Assembly: GCA_026025075.1 (NCBI GenBank)
Contig: JAPEUI010000017.1
Span: 124,001 to 188,000, forward strand
DNA length: 64,000 nt
Source: Vezdaea acicularis
Lineage: Eukaryota
Direction: 5' to 3'
Under the pieces are notes generated by a model. The model worked only from the letters and a program-made list of their open reading frames with translations, made no database searches and was not told the origin of the DNA. Position 1 is the first letter of the stretch, and each line of letters starts with the position of its first letter. The position numbers were made by a program, and so were the translations under genes. This document shows, piece after piece, positions 25,247-38,028 of the stretch.

Positions 25247-26359
25247 ATGAAAGCCTCCCTTTTTGTCTCGAGCCTCGCCTCAGTGGTGGGAGCTCTGGCT
25301 CTTAGTCCACCTATAGATGTTGCGCAGGGCAATGCAAATACCCAGTTCAATCAGATCAGTAACACTCAGACGATCGAAAACCATGTTAAAGACTCAGCCA
25401 ATGTTACCATCAACAACCAACAGACCTCTTACATCGTCCCTACACAAGTCGTAGAGCAATTCAATAATAACCAGATCAATTACTTCTACCCCGGTGGCCC
25501 TGTATACTATGCAAAGCTTTGCGATATCTGTCCAGTCATCCAGGTCTTCTACATCAGTAACACCTACATTGTTCAGGCTTGCAACACTTGTCCACCCCAG
25601 AATGTCAGCATCGCAATAACCAATGTAAACATCAATTACCAGGTCGCCAACTCAACAGGAGTTGTTATCTACAAGACGCAGGCTTGCCCCAGCTGCCCGT
25701 TGGTGCCAACAACAAATACCACGATGCAGAACATGACCGTTCCTGCCAACCCACTTCCACCGGCGCCAAATCAGAACACGACTACAACTGTCAGTAGGCT
25801 TCCGATAGCTCCGGGGGCTACCTACTCTACCGCTCCATTTCCCCAGATAAATGTCACCAACGTAGCTGGCCCTACAGGCACTGCTGAAGTCATGCAAATA
25901 GGCACTGGTGTGCCTAACAGCTCCCCAAGCGGATCGCCAAATGGTACGGCTGGCCCACCAGGCGCGGTAGCTAGTGCGAATGTGCAACCTGGGCAACCTG
26001 GGCAACCTGGGATTCCTGGGAGTTCTACACCCGGCGTCCCAGGCGCTAATGCTCCAGGCGCACCTGGAGTACCAGGAACTTCTACGCCCGGCGTCCCAGG
26101 CGCTCATGCTCCAGGCGCACCTGGAGTACCAGGAACTTCTACACCAGGGGCTTCTACACCCGGCACCCCAGGAGCCAATGCTCCGGGCGGAGTAGCTTCG
26201 CCTGGCTCAACAGCTGGTAAGTGTCTGAACATACCCACTGCATCTAACATGATGCTGACATACACTATCACAGGCGCGCAACAATTCACTGGTGCAGCTG
26301 CTGTCCTTAAATGCTCTATGCTACTGACCCTTGCCATGGGCGCTACCGTCTTCTTATAG
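25247..26359 (+). CDS. Secreted, probably GPI-anchored cell-surface protein with CxxCP motifs and a Pro/Gly stalk
   Basis: Signal MKASLFVSSLASVVGALA; three CxxCP motifs; many N-x-S/T sites; PG repeats; removing the 57-nt intron 26217-26273 gives the GPI-like tail QQFTGAAAVLKCSMLLTLAMGATVFL*. Confidence 0.8.
   Translation: MKASLFVSSLASVVGALALSPPIDVAQGNANTQFNQISNTQTIENHVKDSANVTINNQQTSYIVPTQVVEQFNNNQINYFYPGGPVYYAKLCDICPVIQVFYISNTYIVQACNTCPPQNVSIAITNVNINYQVANSTGVVIYKTQACPSCPLVPTTNTTMQNMTVPANPLPPAPNQNTTTTVSRLPIAPGATYSTAPFPQINVTNVAGPTGTAEVMQIGTGVPNSSPSGSPNGTAGPPGAVASANVQPGQPGQPGIPGSSTPGVPGANAPGAPGVPGTSTPGVPGAHAPGAPGVPGTSTPGASTPGTPGANAPGGVASPGSTAGKCLNIPTASNMMLTYTITGAQQFTGAAAVLKCSMLLTLAMGATVFL
26024..26150 (+). 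repeat. Coding 57-bp tandem repeat (STPGVPGAxAPGAPGVPGT), two full copies plus a partial
   Basis: Unit starts (tctac) at 26024, 26081 and 26138, with near-identical sequence. Confidence 0.9.
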
Positions 26360-27041
26360 GCTCATCTTCATAGACTGGTCTTTAGGACAGGTTTGCCTCC
26401 TAGTCAGCCAGTGTCAGGTTTGAAGCATGATTATGGATAGTAATCACTGGAAGATATGCTACCACATAGAATGGGCCAAGCTACAGGGGCTTGCTTTTAA
26501 TAATGTCTAATATTCACATGCCTGCGTTAATTAGAGCATCTCGACTAACGAGGAGAGATCAGGCATGACTACTCAAAAAGTGTTTCCGGCTTCTCATTGT
26601 CATTATTAGAGCCAGATATACTATATAGCAAGCAGGCGTAATTGAAATTCATTCGTTGCATATCTTGAGAACACCCGTTTCATCTTTGGTGACATTGCTG
26701 GGAAGTCGTGATCGGAAGGAAGTATATTTGAATTCAGCCCAGCCACTGCGCTAGTGCTGTGGCCGAAGTCTTCTTGAGCCGCTGTAGAAATTAAGTTACT
26801 CGTGATAGCCTTAGGACTTATATCAAGGGACATGCTCCCGTCCCAGGGGCAAATAATGTTGCATACAGCCTGAAAGCACGCAATCGTCAATCCTCGGCTA
26901 GCGCCATCACTAAATTTTGACTTTTCAATATGCTGATCATTACATTTTTGAAATCAGATCACACAAAGAAAGGAAGAAGACCAAGATCCATTCTGATTCT
27001 GTCTGCTGAGCTGCACCCTCTGAAGGCAGATATTTGAAGGC

Positions 27042-30000
27042 ATGGTTACCAATGCTGGGATTGTGAGACCCGGTGAAGCAGGTATGCCCTCTCATTCACC
27101 CCACCTACACCTGAGATCGCCCCGCAGTCGAAAATTCCACCTTAGAGCTTCCTGCCACTCCGAGCACTTGCAGTGGCTGATCTTATACACCGGTGTACAG
27201 TTGCGAGAATTGCGTATCTCTCCAGCGATGTTATAATATCCGTTCAGCCTGCGCAGGGCATCGACTCCGAGTTCTCCTCATATCTAAGCTCATTGGCGAA
27301 GCAGAGGGTTGCCGGGTTGGTTGCACGAGAACATGGAGCCATTCCCGAGGTACGTCACGAATCCGTATGTTTTTGTTCTCTCGCCAACAAGCATCACTCT
27401 AGATTCAAGCAATTCGACATAATGCGGATCCGCTACTTTCGGTCTTCCAGCCTATCCGGCATGGGAAGCTGGTTTCCGTCACCACAGCCTCCTCCATCCT
27501 CTTAAACTCGATTCCACACCTTTACAAACTTGCGCAGTATCCTGTTGTGATCCATGTTTCTCTTCTCCCATCCGAATATCCAGATCACTCAGATATCACA
27601 TCCATACGGCAGACTGGTTTTACCTTTCTCCAATCTGCAGGCTTGAAAGAAGCGCAGGATATCGCATTGACGGCGCATGCACTGGCAATCAAATCTGGGA
27701 AGGGGGTCATTCACTTTTTCAACCCTGCAAAGCCGTTGGAGGAGAAGGAGATATCGCAGGAGAACAAAGCGCTAGTCAAAGACCTGTTGGAGCTCGACGT
27801 GGCGCGCACATACCAAGCCTCCAAAGTTGAGGACGAAACCCTCCACGCTGATGATGGTCGAATTGCGACAATCACAGAGATTGGTCAGCCTACATTCAAT
27901 GGGGAAGGAACTTATTCCAACGCTTTGACGCCGCTGGAAAGCTCGAAAGCGGCATCAAAGGCGAGTAGTATGGTAGACTCTTCTATAAGCTCATCACGCC
28001 GAGATAGTAGTGTTGACAGCAGACCTACAATATCGTCAGCAACGACGCTGGAGTCAATGGTGATAAGGCCTGTGACATCTGAAGACATCTACAGCTTAGT
28101 CACTGGCATTTGGTCCAAACTGAAATCCTTGACAGGGCGAGGCTATTCTGCATTTGAATATTCGGGTAGTTCGGGAGCCGAATATGCTCTCTTCGTGTTC
28201 GGGTCGGACCTAGCTCTATTCGGCCATGCGGTCAAAAGCGCAAGCTCTACAGACCAATTTCCCAGAATTGGTCTCATAACCGCCCGTCTGTACAGGCCCT
28301 GGTTAGGGGCACAACTAATTGATAGTGTACCAAAGAGCGTCCAGAGAATAGCCGTGTTGGAGCAGATTCGGAGGAAGACTACTAAATGGGGTCCGTTGCT
28401 GCTTGATGTGCTTACCTCTCTTCGCCATGGCTCGTCAGGCAGCTCACCAATTATTGTTGGGCATCAGCTTGGATATCTAACGCAAGCAAGTATCCATCAA
28501 GCATTAAGAAGTGTTGTCCACAACCTCACCTTGGAGAGACCGGTTCAAAACCTCAAAGTTGGAGATTCTGAAGGCCCCAAAGCCTTCTCTGAATACGAGC
28601 TTGAGCAACCACAAGTTGAAACGGCTTACATGAAGATCCTTAACCAAATCTTCGGTGATAGATTACACGTCGCGAATGCTCTAGGGTCTAAAGATGCTGG
28701 CGTCTCAGCCACCATAGCTGCTTCACCAGAATTTGGCTTCGGTTCGCTCATGGCACGTTTGGAGCACCGGAAGCTATTCGTAGAGGAAGTCAAGCTTGCA
28801 ATGAAAGGTCGAAATTTTGTGACAGATGCTCCTCGGAGCTGGCTCTCGAAGTGGGCGTTAGCAGCGGAAGACTCGACGAAGGCCAATCATCTTGCGGAAG
28901 AAGTAATTGCGCGCCTAAGAACCGACGGGTCAAGGCTTGCATCTAATTTACTATCTAAGAAGGCTCTCTTCTTTCGTGAATCCCACTGGCTAATCGGTTC
29001 TGATGCCTGGGCTTATGACCTGGGTAATTCTGGGGTTCATCATGTCATTGCTTCCGGTAAGAACATCAACATGCTGATCATTGACTCACAACCGTACTCG
29101 GAGCGATCGGCAGCAGACTCGACAAGAAGAAAAAAGGACATTGGACTATATGCGATGAACTTTGGGGATACCTATGTCGCTTCAGTGGCCGTGTATGGCT
29201 CCTACACGCAGGTTCTCCAAGCCATGATCGAGGCAGATAAGTTCAATGGCCCCTCGGTCGTCGTCGCCTACCTTCCATATAATAAGGAGAACGACACTCC
29301 ACTCACAATCCTTCAAGAAACCAAGAAGGCAGTCGACATTGGTTACTGGCCATTGTACAGATGGAATCCGCACAACGAAGACAATGGCGAGCCCAACTTC
29401 TCTTTAGACTCGGAGCGCATCAAAGAAGAGCTCAAGGAATTTCTCAGACGCGATAATCACCTTACGCAACTTATGAGAAGGACTCCTAAGTTTTCAGCGG
29501 ATCTCTCTGAATCACACGGATCTGAGGTACGAAGCCTTCAGAAGCGGAAAGCTAAAGAAGCCTATCAGAAATTGCTGGAAGGCCTCTATGGCGCACCGAT
29601 GACTATCTTATATGCTTCCGATAACGGCAATGCCGAGAGCTTAGCTAAGCGGCTAGGGAATAGAGGCAGAGCCAGGGGTCTAAAGACCATCATTTTTGCT
29701 ATGGACGATTACCCGGTAGAGGATCTTTCCAATGAAGAGAATATCGTTCTTATTACCAGCACCGCCGGGCAAGGCGAGTTCCCTCAAAACGGTCGCACGT
29801 TTTGGGAAGCAATCAGGGATTCCACAGATCTAGATTTGGCTTCCGTGCAATTTGCAGTCTTTGCACTAGGCGACAGTCATTATTGGCCGCGCAAAGAAGA
29901 TAAGCATTACTATAATAAATCGGGCAAAGATCTGGATACGCGGATTGCAGCTCTTGGTGGGAAGCGATTGACTGATATTGGTTTGGGTGATGACCAAGAC

Positions 30001-31869
30001 CCAGACTCTTATCAGACAGGCTATTCTGAATGGGAGCCAAAGTTATGGCAAGCATTAGGGTTAGACAAAGTTGAGAGCCTTCCAGATGAACCAGCTCCAA
30101 TCACCAATGAAGACATCAAGATCGAGTCTAATTATCTCAGAGGTACCATCGTAGAGGGTCTGGAAGATCAGAGCACAGGGGCTATCTCTGCTGCTGATCA
30201 ACAGCTCACAAAGTTCCACGGCACTTACATGCAGGATGATAGAGACCTACGAGATGAAAGAAAAGCGCAAGGCCTGGAGCCTGCCTACTCCTTTATGATT
30301 CGATGCCGCCTACCTGGTGGCGTTGCTACTCCGAGCCAATGGCTGCAAATGGACGACATAAGTCACGCCTTTGGTAACGAGACAATGAAATTGACAACTA
30401 GACAGACCTTCCAATTCCACGGTGTCATCAAAGGAAAACTTCGATCAGCTATGCGGGGTATTAACAAGGCTCTAATGACCACGATCGCAGCTTGCGGTGA
30501 TGTCAACCGTAACGTAATGTGCAGCAGTCTTCCTCAGCAATCACAGTATCACAAGGAAGTGCATGCAATCTCCGAGCGCATCAGCGATCACTTACTTCCA
30601 TCAACCACAGCTTACCATGAAATTTGGTTAAAGGATGAGGATGAGAAGAAAACCCAAGTTGCAGGCGACGCTATTGTCGATCATGAACCCCTATATGGCC
30701 CTACATACTTGCCAAGAAAATTCAAGATCACCATCGCCATTCCGCCACACAACGACACGGATGTATATGCCCATGACGTCGGTTTGATTGCCATTAAGGG
30801 GGATGATGGCCACTTGCAAGGCTTCAATCTTCTTGCTGGGGGTGGCATGGGCGTCACGCACAACAACAAGAAGACCTATCCCCGGACGGGCAGCATGTTT
30901 GGCTATGTTACAGCCCAAAAAGTTCACCTTGCATGCGAAAAAGTCATGTTAGTGCAGCGGGATTACGGAGACCGCAAGAACCGAAAACATGCACGGCTGA
31001 AATACACCATCGACGACATGGGCGTCGATGTCTTTAAGAGTAGGGTCGAAGATCTTTTAGGGTTCCAATTCGAAAGACCGCGCCCTTTTCACTTTGACAG
31101 CAACATCGACACATTTGGCTGGCAACGAGATGAGAACGGGATGAATCACTTCACACTCTTCATTGAAAACGGCCGAATTGAAGACACTCCTTCTTTTCCC
31201 ATGAAGACCGGCCTTCGGGAGATTGCCAAGGTCCATAAGGGTGAATTTCGCCTGACGGGCAACCAACACCTCATACTAAGCAACGTCTCTGACACCGAGC
31301 TGCCGATCTTGAAGGACATGCTGGCTAAATACAAACTCGACAACGTTCAATTTTCTGGTCTTCGTCTCTCTTCCTCCGCGTGCGTCGCCTTTCCAACCTG
31401 CGGCCTCGCGATGGCAGAGTCTGAGCGTTATCTTCCTGAATTAATCACCAAGCTTGAAGATGCGATCGAGCAGAACGGCCTTCGTCAGGATAGTATTGTG
31501 ATGCGTATGACTGGCTGCCCCAATGGCTGCGCCCGACCGTGGCTCGCCGAGGTCGCGTTCGTAGGTAAGGCGTACGGCGCGTATAACATGTACTTGGGAG
31601 GCGGCTATCATGGTCAGCGCTTGAACAAACTGTATAGGAGCTCGATTAAGGAGGAGGAGATTCTAGTCATTATGAAAGGTTTGTTGAAGAGGTACGCGAT
31701 TGAGCGTGAGGATGGTGAGAGATTTGGGGATTTCCTCATTCGGGTGGGAGTCATCAAGCGCACCACAGAGGGGAAAACGTTTCATGATAATGTAAGTGCT
31801 TGAAAGTCCTAGGGAATGATTGCTAACGTGATCTAGGTCGCTGAAGAGGATAATGAAGATAACACATGA
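27042..31869 (+). CDS. MET5: Sulfite reductase (NADPH) beta/hemoprotein subunit
   Basis: Introns 27082-27200, 27350-27402 and 31792-31836. PFOR-like region (WLIGSDAWAYDLG), flavodoxin YASDNGNAE, TKFHGTYMQDDRD, ACGDVNRN, YLPRKFKI, siroheme/Fe-S CVAFPTC and MTGCPNGC. Confidence 0.96.
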
Positions 31870-32131
31870 GCGATAGGAAAGCGTGGTGGCATAGCGTCGA
31901 TCAATAATTCACAAAAAGCGTTAGATAGAATTGTTCTTTGCCTGGAACTAGGTATAATTATTCGCTTCGGGTTGTAAATACTTAGTAGCGTCACTAGATT
32001 ACATAGAATCCAAAGAGCATTCAGTTTATTAAAACTTATATCCAAGTCTTCGTAGACCCATCCGTGGATATAAAAGGATATCATCCAATGTCCAGACAAT
32101 ATTCCAGAATCTGACGCCAAGTGCCATATAC

Positions 32132-33423
32132 TCAAACAAGAAAAGTTGGAATTTCAAATGCCAAGGCGCTCTTCTCCTCTCGTTCCCTCTTTAATCGCCG
32201 AGCCTTCGTTTCAGCGCGACGCTTCAGCAGGCTGGCCGAGGCGGTGCTGGTGAATATGTCATCGTCCGAAGGCATCTCGAGTCCTGATAATGGCTTAGCT
32301 GGTTTCGCTAGTTCAGTCGTCTGAGGCGGCTCAGCTGCAGCTTTCGTGGTAAGGGAGGCTGAACGCGGCTTCACAGGGACTTCCAGAACCGTTGGGTGGT
32401 GTTTAGATGCAGAATTAGGATGTGAAGTCGGCGCTGGTGGGCGCTTGGCTGTTCTTTCGACGGACTTGCGTGTAAGGTTGGGTCTAGGAGGTGATCTTTG
32501 GTTCTGCGATGGCGGGACCAAAGGCTTGAGGGGACGAACCTTCGTGATGACGGGTGCGTCTAAGTCATCATCGTCCTCCTCCTTGTCAGTTGTGCTATCC
32601 TCCATCGTTCGAATATCTAATATTGGCGGTGGTGGCAATAGACTCGATCCGCTTGTCCCCTTTGATGTGCCCCCTGAAGACTGCGAGAATCCCAGCGCAG
32701 CACGCGTGTGGCTCTTATATTCCGATAGCTGCGACAGCGTTGTCTGCGACTTCTTCGACTCGGTCATCAGTCCCTGAAGCGATGTGCCGACCCATGGGTT
32801 CTGGTAGCCATCGTCTTCCAACTCAGATATGCCTTCCTGGATGTCAAGGCCATCTTCCGTATCATACCCGACGCCCTTCCCCTTGGCAACATATTTTACA
32901 GCAGCATTCCGTTTCTTTGCCTTTGCCTCAGCATCTTTATTTCTTGATAGCTCTGCGCTCATCTGAGTGTTAGGGTCGACCGGTCTTCTCATCAAGTTGG
33001 TGGTTGAAGCGTGCTGGGAGATGGCAAGAGCTTCCAGCCGCTTGTACTCAGCATGGTGGAGGTGTTGCGTGAAGGACTGTGCAATGGCATAGAATTCGTC
33101 TTCGACCATCTTGTACCGGTCATCGTGGTGCCGCCCTTCGATCATGAACTCTTCTGGAGAAGGCTGATATGGCGGAGGTGAGCTCGGTGGGGTCCAATCT
33201 GCTATGGGGTCGTGAGTGTGAGAACAGATCCAGAGGTGTGGGATCTGGGCGTACCTCTCCTCTTTCTTTTATTCGCGCTTTCTACGCTCTCGAATTTGCG
33301 CAAGGGGGGTAGGCGGGGAAGGTTGTCCCTTTCCTCGTCGTCTTGCGCGACTTTGCGCCGCTTCGCAGAGGGGGCTGCAACTGAGGCTCCATTCCTATTA
33401 AGCCAAGGCAAGGTTCTCGTCAT
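32132..33423 (-). CDS. Uncharacterised, probably nuclear protein (two exons)
   Basis: MTRTLPWL..AKRRK..KRKRR; intron 33202-33254 joins in frame to WTPPSSPPP..EEFMIEG..DDRYKMVEDEF..FTQHLHHAEYKRL; ends EIPTFLV*. Confidence 0.78.
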
Positions 33424-34321
33424 ATCTCATAATATGGTCCGAATTCTAGAGGAAGAACCTATCAATCTCATCACGGAATACTATGGTGAAGGCGCCAAAT
33501 GACAAAGCTGATTGTCTGTGCGCTGTGCGCGTGCGCGTATAAACAGGCAAAAGACTAGGCTTAACGCGGAATGGACGTGGGCATCACGCATTGTAAAAGC
33601 GATAGGTACCAATATCATTGATATATCGTAGTATTCAATAGACCTACATATACAATTAGCTACCGGGGAGATATGTCCTACCCTCTTCCGTTATCTTATC
33701 TATGGTAATTCACTTGATGGCTGGCCTGGAGCAGGGCTGGCAGTCTGAGATCTTTCTTTGATGACGTTTTGGCAACCGAGGGGTTGACAGACGGAAACGT
33801 CGGAGAAACCGAAGCCAATCTGCAAGAGGTGAAACGAGAAAAGTCCAAGCCGCATGGTAACCATGTGATTTTGGACTTTCGTCGTTGCAGCTTTCCTTTC
33901 GCCGGCTTCATTCAAAAATCAAGTCAGGGCAATATAGCTGTCCGTATCATGAACATGCTCAGTCCTTGACGCCAACAGAGCGCAGGATCGGTACAGCCCA
34001 ATTCTTTCGAACATCCGCGCAAATTGAAAGCAACATTCGCAAGTTCCTTGACGACAGCTTGGCGAAAACTGGAAAAGGTAACAGTAAAAGTTCAAAGATC
34101 AGATACCAGAGAGGGGAGATGTATAGAACCATAGTGATGGCTGTTGTCATCACGAAGCACAAGAAGTGAAGGATGAGAGAAACTATGAGAGACGTGACCA
34201 CAGAATATCTCTGGAGAAAGCCAGAGAACTAGGTAGCTGCGAACTGTTTTGGATTCTTAGTAATCCGAATAGATTCGAACTCTATTGATGAGACAGCCTT
34301 CAGGAGTAATGGGGGGAGAGC

Positions 34322-34467
34322 CATTACGTGCGGAGGGAGCCTTTACATGTGGAGGGAGCCGGTATGTGTGGAGGGAGCCACAATATGTGGAAGAAGCCCT
34401 TACGTGTGGAGGGAGCCGTTACATGTGGAAGAAGCCTTTACGTGTGGGAGGAGCCGTTACATGTGGA
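34322..34467. repeat. 19-bp minisatellite, seven full copies plus a partial (consensus cNttacRtgtggaRRRagc)
   Basis: Units start at 34322, 34341, 34360, 34379, 34398, 34417, 34436 and 34455, at exact 19-nt spacing. Confidence 0.92.
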
Positions 34468-35028
34468 TGTGAGAGCCGCATGCTGGCATCTGCTATAAAC
34501 AAAATCGAACATTGATAGAGCATGGAATGTTGTTCTCTTTCGACTTTTTGGGGGGGGGGGGAGGAGAAGAGTGGCGCCTTCCAGATCATTGAAGCTTTCC
34601 TGTGCTCCCGTGCTTCAGGTGTGCAGTCCTTGGATATTACTATGCCCAATACGCCACAGAGCAGGTGCGCGGGCAGCGCTATACCCCTACCCCTGGTTGC
34701 AAACATTGAGTGTTCGCATCATGAGGATGGCCCTTGATTCCTCCTGCTTCGTCATCAGTAGAATGCACATACATCTTCCTCCCCCTGGCTTGCTAGACTG
34801 GGACGAAGCGTAGATATCAAATTATATTACCTCACACTCAATGATTTACATCAAAAGTTTGTTTAGAGGTTACATGAATGAACCGCAGGCTTCAGTAAAA
34901 GCGTACATGGATATAGCTAAGTAAGGAAAGAAAGTCATAATATTTTGCTTGCTGCGAGTTGAATCGCTTGTGCCAAAGCCCCTTGTTGTGTCCTAGCAGT
35001 TGATGATTAGGTAGACCTGGAAAGTCTT

Positions 35029-38028
35029 CTAATCATCACGGACGACTCGAGCGCCCACCCAGGCATAAGGATAATTGTGCTGGTACCAATTGACGAAGGT
35101 CTTTCGGCCTGCAATCCTAGGGAGGGTGGCCCAAGAGCCACCCAGTACAATGTTATGCTTTCCGTCAAAGAAGTCAGCTACATACGTTAGTGATATACTC
35201 TAGTCATATGGGCTGAGTAAAACTAACCCGTATATCCGGGATAGAGCTTCATTGGAGAGAATCCTTCGTGTGCTTCCAGTACCGAGCTTGTCCATTCCCA
35301 AACGCCTCCCATCTCACCCTGACCGCAAAGCCTGTTGCCAAGCTGGGTCACCGGAGTGGGATGCCAGTGTTGGAAACCCACGTTACAACCTTGCAGATCT
35401 GTGAAGATTCGGCGTGGGTCTAGAGGAGGCTCGGTACTGGGACGCCGTTTTGGCGAAGGGTGTGATGGGGGCGTTTGAGAGACGCCATCGTTTGAAAGAT
35501 GGCCGTTGACGGCCGATATCATCTTTGCAAGGACTTGGTCCGCTTCTTTAGCCTTGAAGTTGTCAACATATCTGTAGATGCTTCGTACTTCATTGGCAGT
35601 TGGGATTCGGCCGCCCATCCAACTTGCGCACCTGACTAATTCATCATATGACGCCATGACGGGCCAATGAAGAGCATATTCAAGCGAAACAGGTCCATAG
35701 ACTGTGAGAATCGCCTTGTTTTTCCACACAGGTTCTCCCGACGGTGGAACATCGTTGTTCTGGCCGTTTGTGTTACCATTGTGATACTCTTGTCCTTCCT
35801 TGTGTGATTTAGTCGAAGGTTGCTCAATCCAAGAAGCTGGGAGACTAGCAAGGCCTGTCTTTTCTAGGAACAAGGCATACTCTTCATTTGTGATAGGTCT
35901 TGCCTTTGAAGTGAACTGGTGGACGTGAACAGAACGCGGGGGCTTTTCATTATCCCACCCAAAATAACTTCCCTGGCTAGCGTCGTCTCCGTGGTCGTCT
36001 AGTCCTATAGTGAATGTACTTTCCGGTACTTGAATCCACTCATTAGACGCCACTTCTCTCTGCGCAGTTTCCGCTATTGCTTTGAAGTCGGGAATCACCG
36101 TATTTGGTGGCGGAAGCATCTTATCGCTCATCAGAAGCATGTAAAGAAGTGTTTCGAGGTGCATCATTTCGTGCTCGTGTCCAAGCCACAAGGCACGGTC
36201 TACTTCTCGACCTCTATTCTTCTCCTTAGATTCGTAAAGTCCCCGGACTCGTTGCCTAACCTTCCTCTGAAAGGAAAGGATTTCGTTGACCAGAGGCCAA
36301 GATTCGGGAATCTCGCTATGATCATGGCATTGTTCAGGGTTATCCACATCTGGGTCGATTCCTCGCTCGAAAATCTTCTGGTACTCTTTGGGCTCGGTCG
36401 CGTCCTTACCGGTCGCTCTTGTAAGATGAATATCTAGGAAAGTTGGGATATGCCCGAGATAGAAAATGCAGGCATTACGTAATTTGATTGGCTTTGAGAG
36501 TAGGTCTTCCTTCGAAATCATTCCAAGGGTGACAGTATCCCATATGCCCCAGAGACTCTCCCATTCACTCAGAGATGGTGAAGGGCTCGCCGCGTATTCC
36601 ATCGGCATTTGGGAGCTCTTCAGAAGCCGTGTTGGAGAAAGAACATGGATATCTACAACAGAACTATCAGTTCCTTATCAACGATACGGAAGACTGGTAT
36701 GAATTGAAAACCATAGCTTGACAGAAAAGAGCTAACCAGAGTTGCCACAGAGTTGAAGTTGGAATACGACCAGTGAATGAATGCTGTTCATTGTTCGCGT
36801 AATTCTAAAATGGCTTACTGTATTGACCGTCCATTGTGCCAAAGCGAGCATTTTCAACGAGCTCGGCCCCTTTCCACAGTCGTGACTGTTCGCCTTCGGA
36901 ATATTTGACGCTGATTTCGACACGAACTCTCTCGCCTTTCTTGAAATATATATCCTCAAAGACCAGGTCTTTCTTAGGGCTGTAAAATGCTTGGTGGCGG
37001 CCGCCATCTGCATCATACTCTCCGATGACAATCCAGTCGGTAAGTTTGAAAACATCTTTCCCAATAATCTTGTTGGCATTCGTCAAGCCGTTCAATATGA
37101 AGGTATGAGTGAGCCCGAATCGGTCATTGTATGCATGATACACCCTCTCGCTGTCTTTGCAAGCATCAAGTCCAATGAGAATTGTGTCACTCGGTCTTAA
37201 GATCCGAGAGAAGCTTCGTAGGAAGGCCGCAGCCTCATCTCGAGTAAAATTACCAATGCTTGATCCTAGGGACATAATGCACTTTGATCTACTCTGATTA
37301 CGAGGAGATTTCAACCAGTGAAGTGCATCATCGTACGTTCCATGGAGACCATGGCACTTGACGTATTTGCCAACGGGTGCTGCAGCTAGCGTACGTCGAA
37401 GCTCGGAGAGCGACAAGTCCAAGGCATAATAGTCGATGTTCTTTCCAGCTCTCTCAAGTGCTTTCAGTAGAATGTTGACTTTGCGGAGGTTGCTAATGAG
37501 GATTAGTGCACAGCCGGAGAACAGGGATTCGAAAACTCAGGGCGTAGCCATGGCGGTACCCTGAAGCTTTCGTCACAGCTCTTCGCCATCTCTGTCGCTA
37601 GGGGTTCATAACGTAGTGCGGAACTCATACCCACTGCCCAGCTCAATCATCATGGAGCCCGTTTCCATAGAGCTTGCTAGTTGGTCGGCGAACCTCTCAA
37701 GTACATCTATCTCTGCATTGGTGAGGTAGTATTCTTCGAGGTAGGTGATGTCCTCAAAGAGCTTCAAGCCAGCCTCGTCATACAGGAGGAGCGTGGGCAT
37801 CTTTTTTGCCTGCCCATGCTTCGGCCTCAGCCCTACCAAGATGTCGTCCAAGATAGACTTCTCGATCTTACTGCGACGAATGTCGACTATGTCCAAAATC
37901 TCGGAATTCACCATCTTCTTTTCATGGACTCCATTAGCAAGGTGCTCATTTTCACGAACGTTTCTTCCCCGTTTTGCAAAAGGGATATGAGCTAGATCTA
38001 AAACCATTCTGTTAAGGCTTGGACTCAT
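35029..38028 (-). CDS. EGT1: Ergothioneine biosynthesis protein 1 (EgtD histidine methyltransferase fused to an EgtB-like sulfoxide synthase)
   Basis: PTLLLYDEAGLKLFEDITYLEEYYLT, IELGSG|NLRK, LGSSIGNF, KPIKLRNACIFYLGHIPTF, FERGIDPDVDNPEQCHDHSE, iron motif HEMMHLE, FGWDNEKP, GGVWEWT, GGSWAT..NWYQHNYPY; three introns. Confidence 0.96.

Noticed and set aside
33696..34201. Fragmentary ORFs suggesting a decayed gene
   Set aside because: No family resemblance and conflicting frames; I cannot support a pseudogene call without a search.
34322..34467. CRISPR-like array
   Set aside because: Units abut with no unique spacers, the context is eukaryotic, and no cas genes are present; it is a minisatellite.
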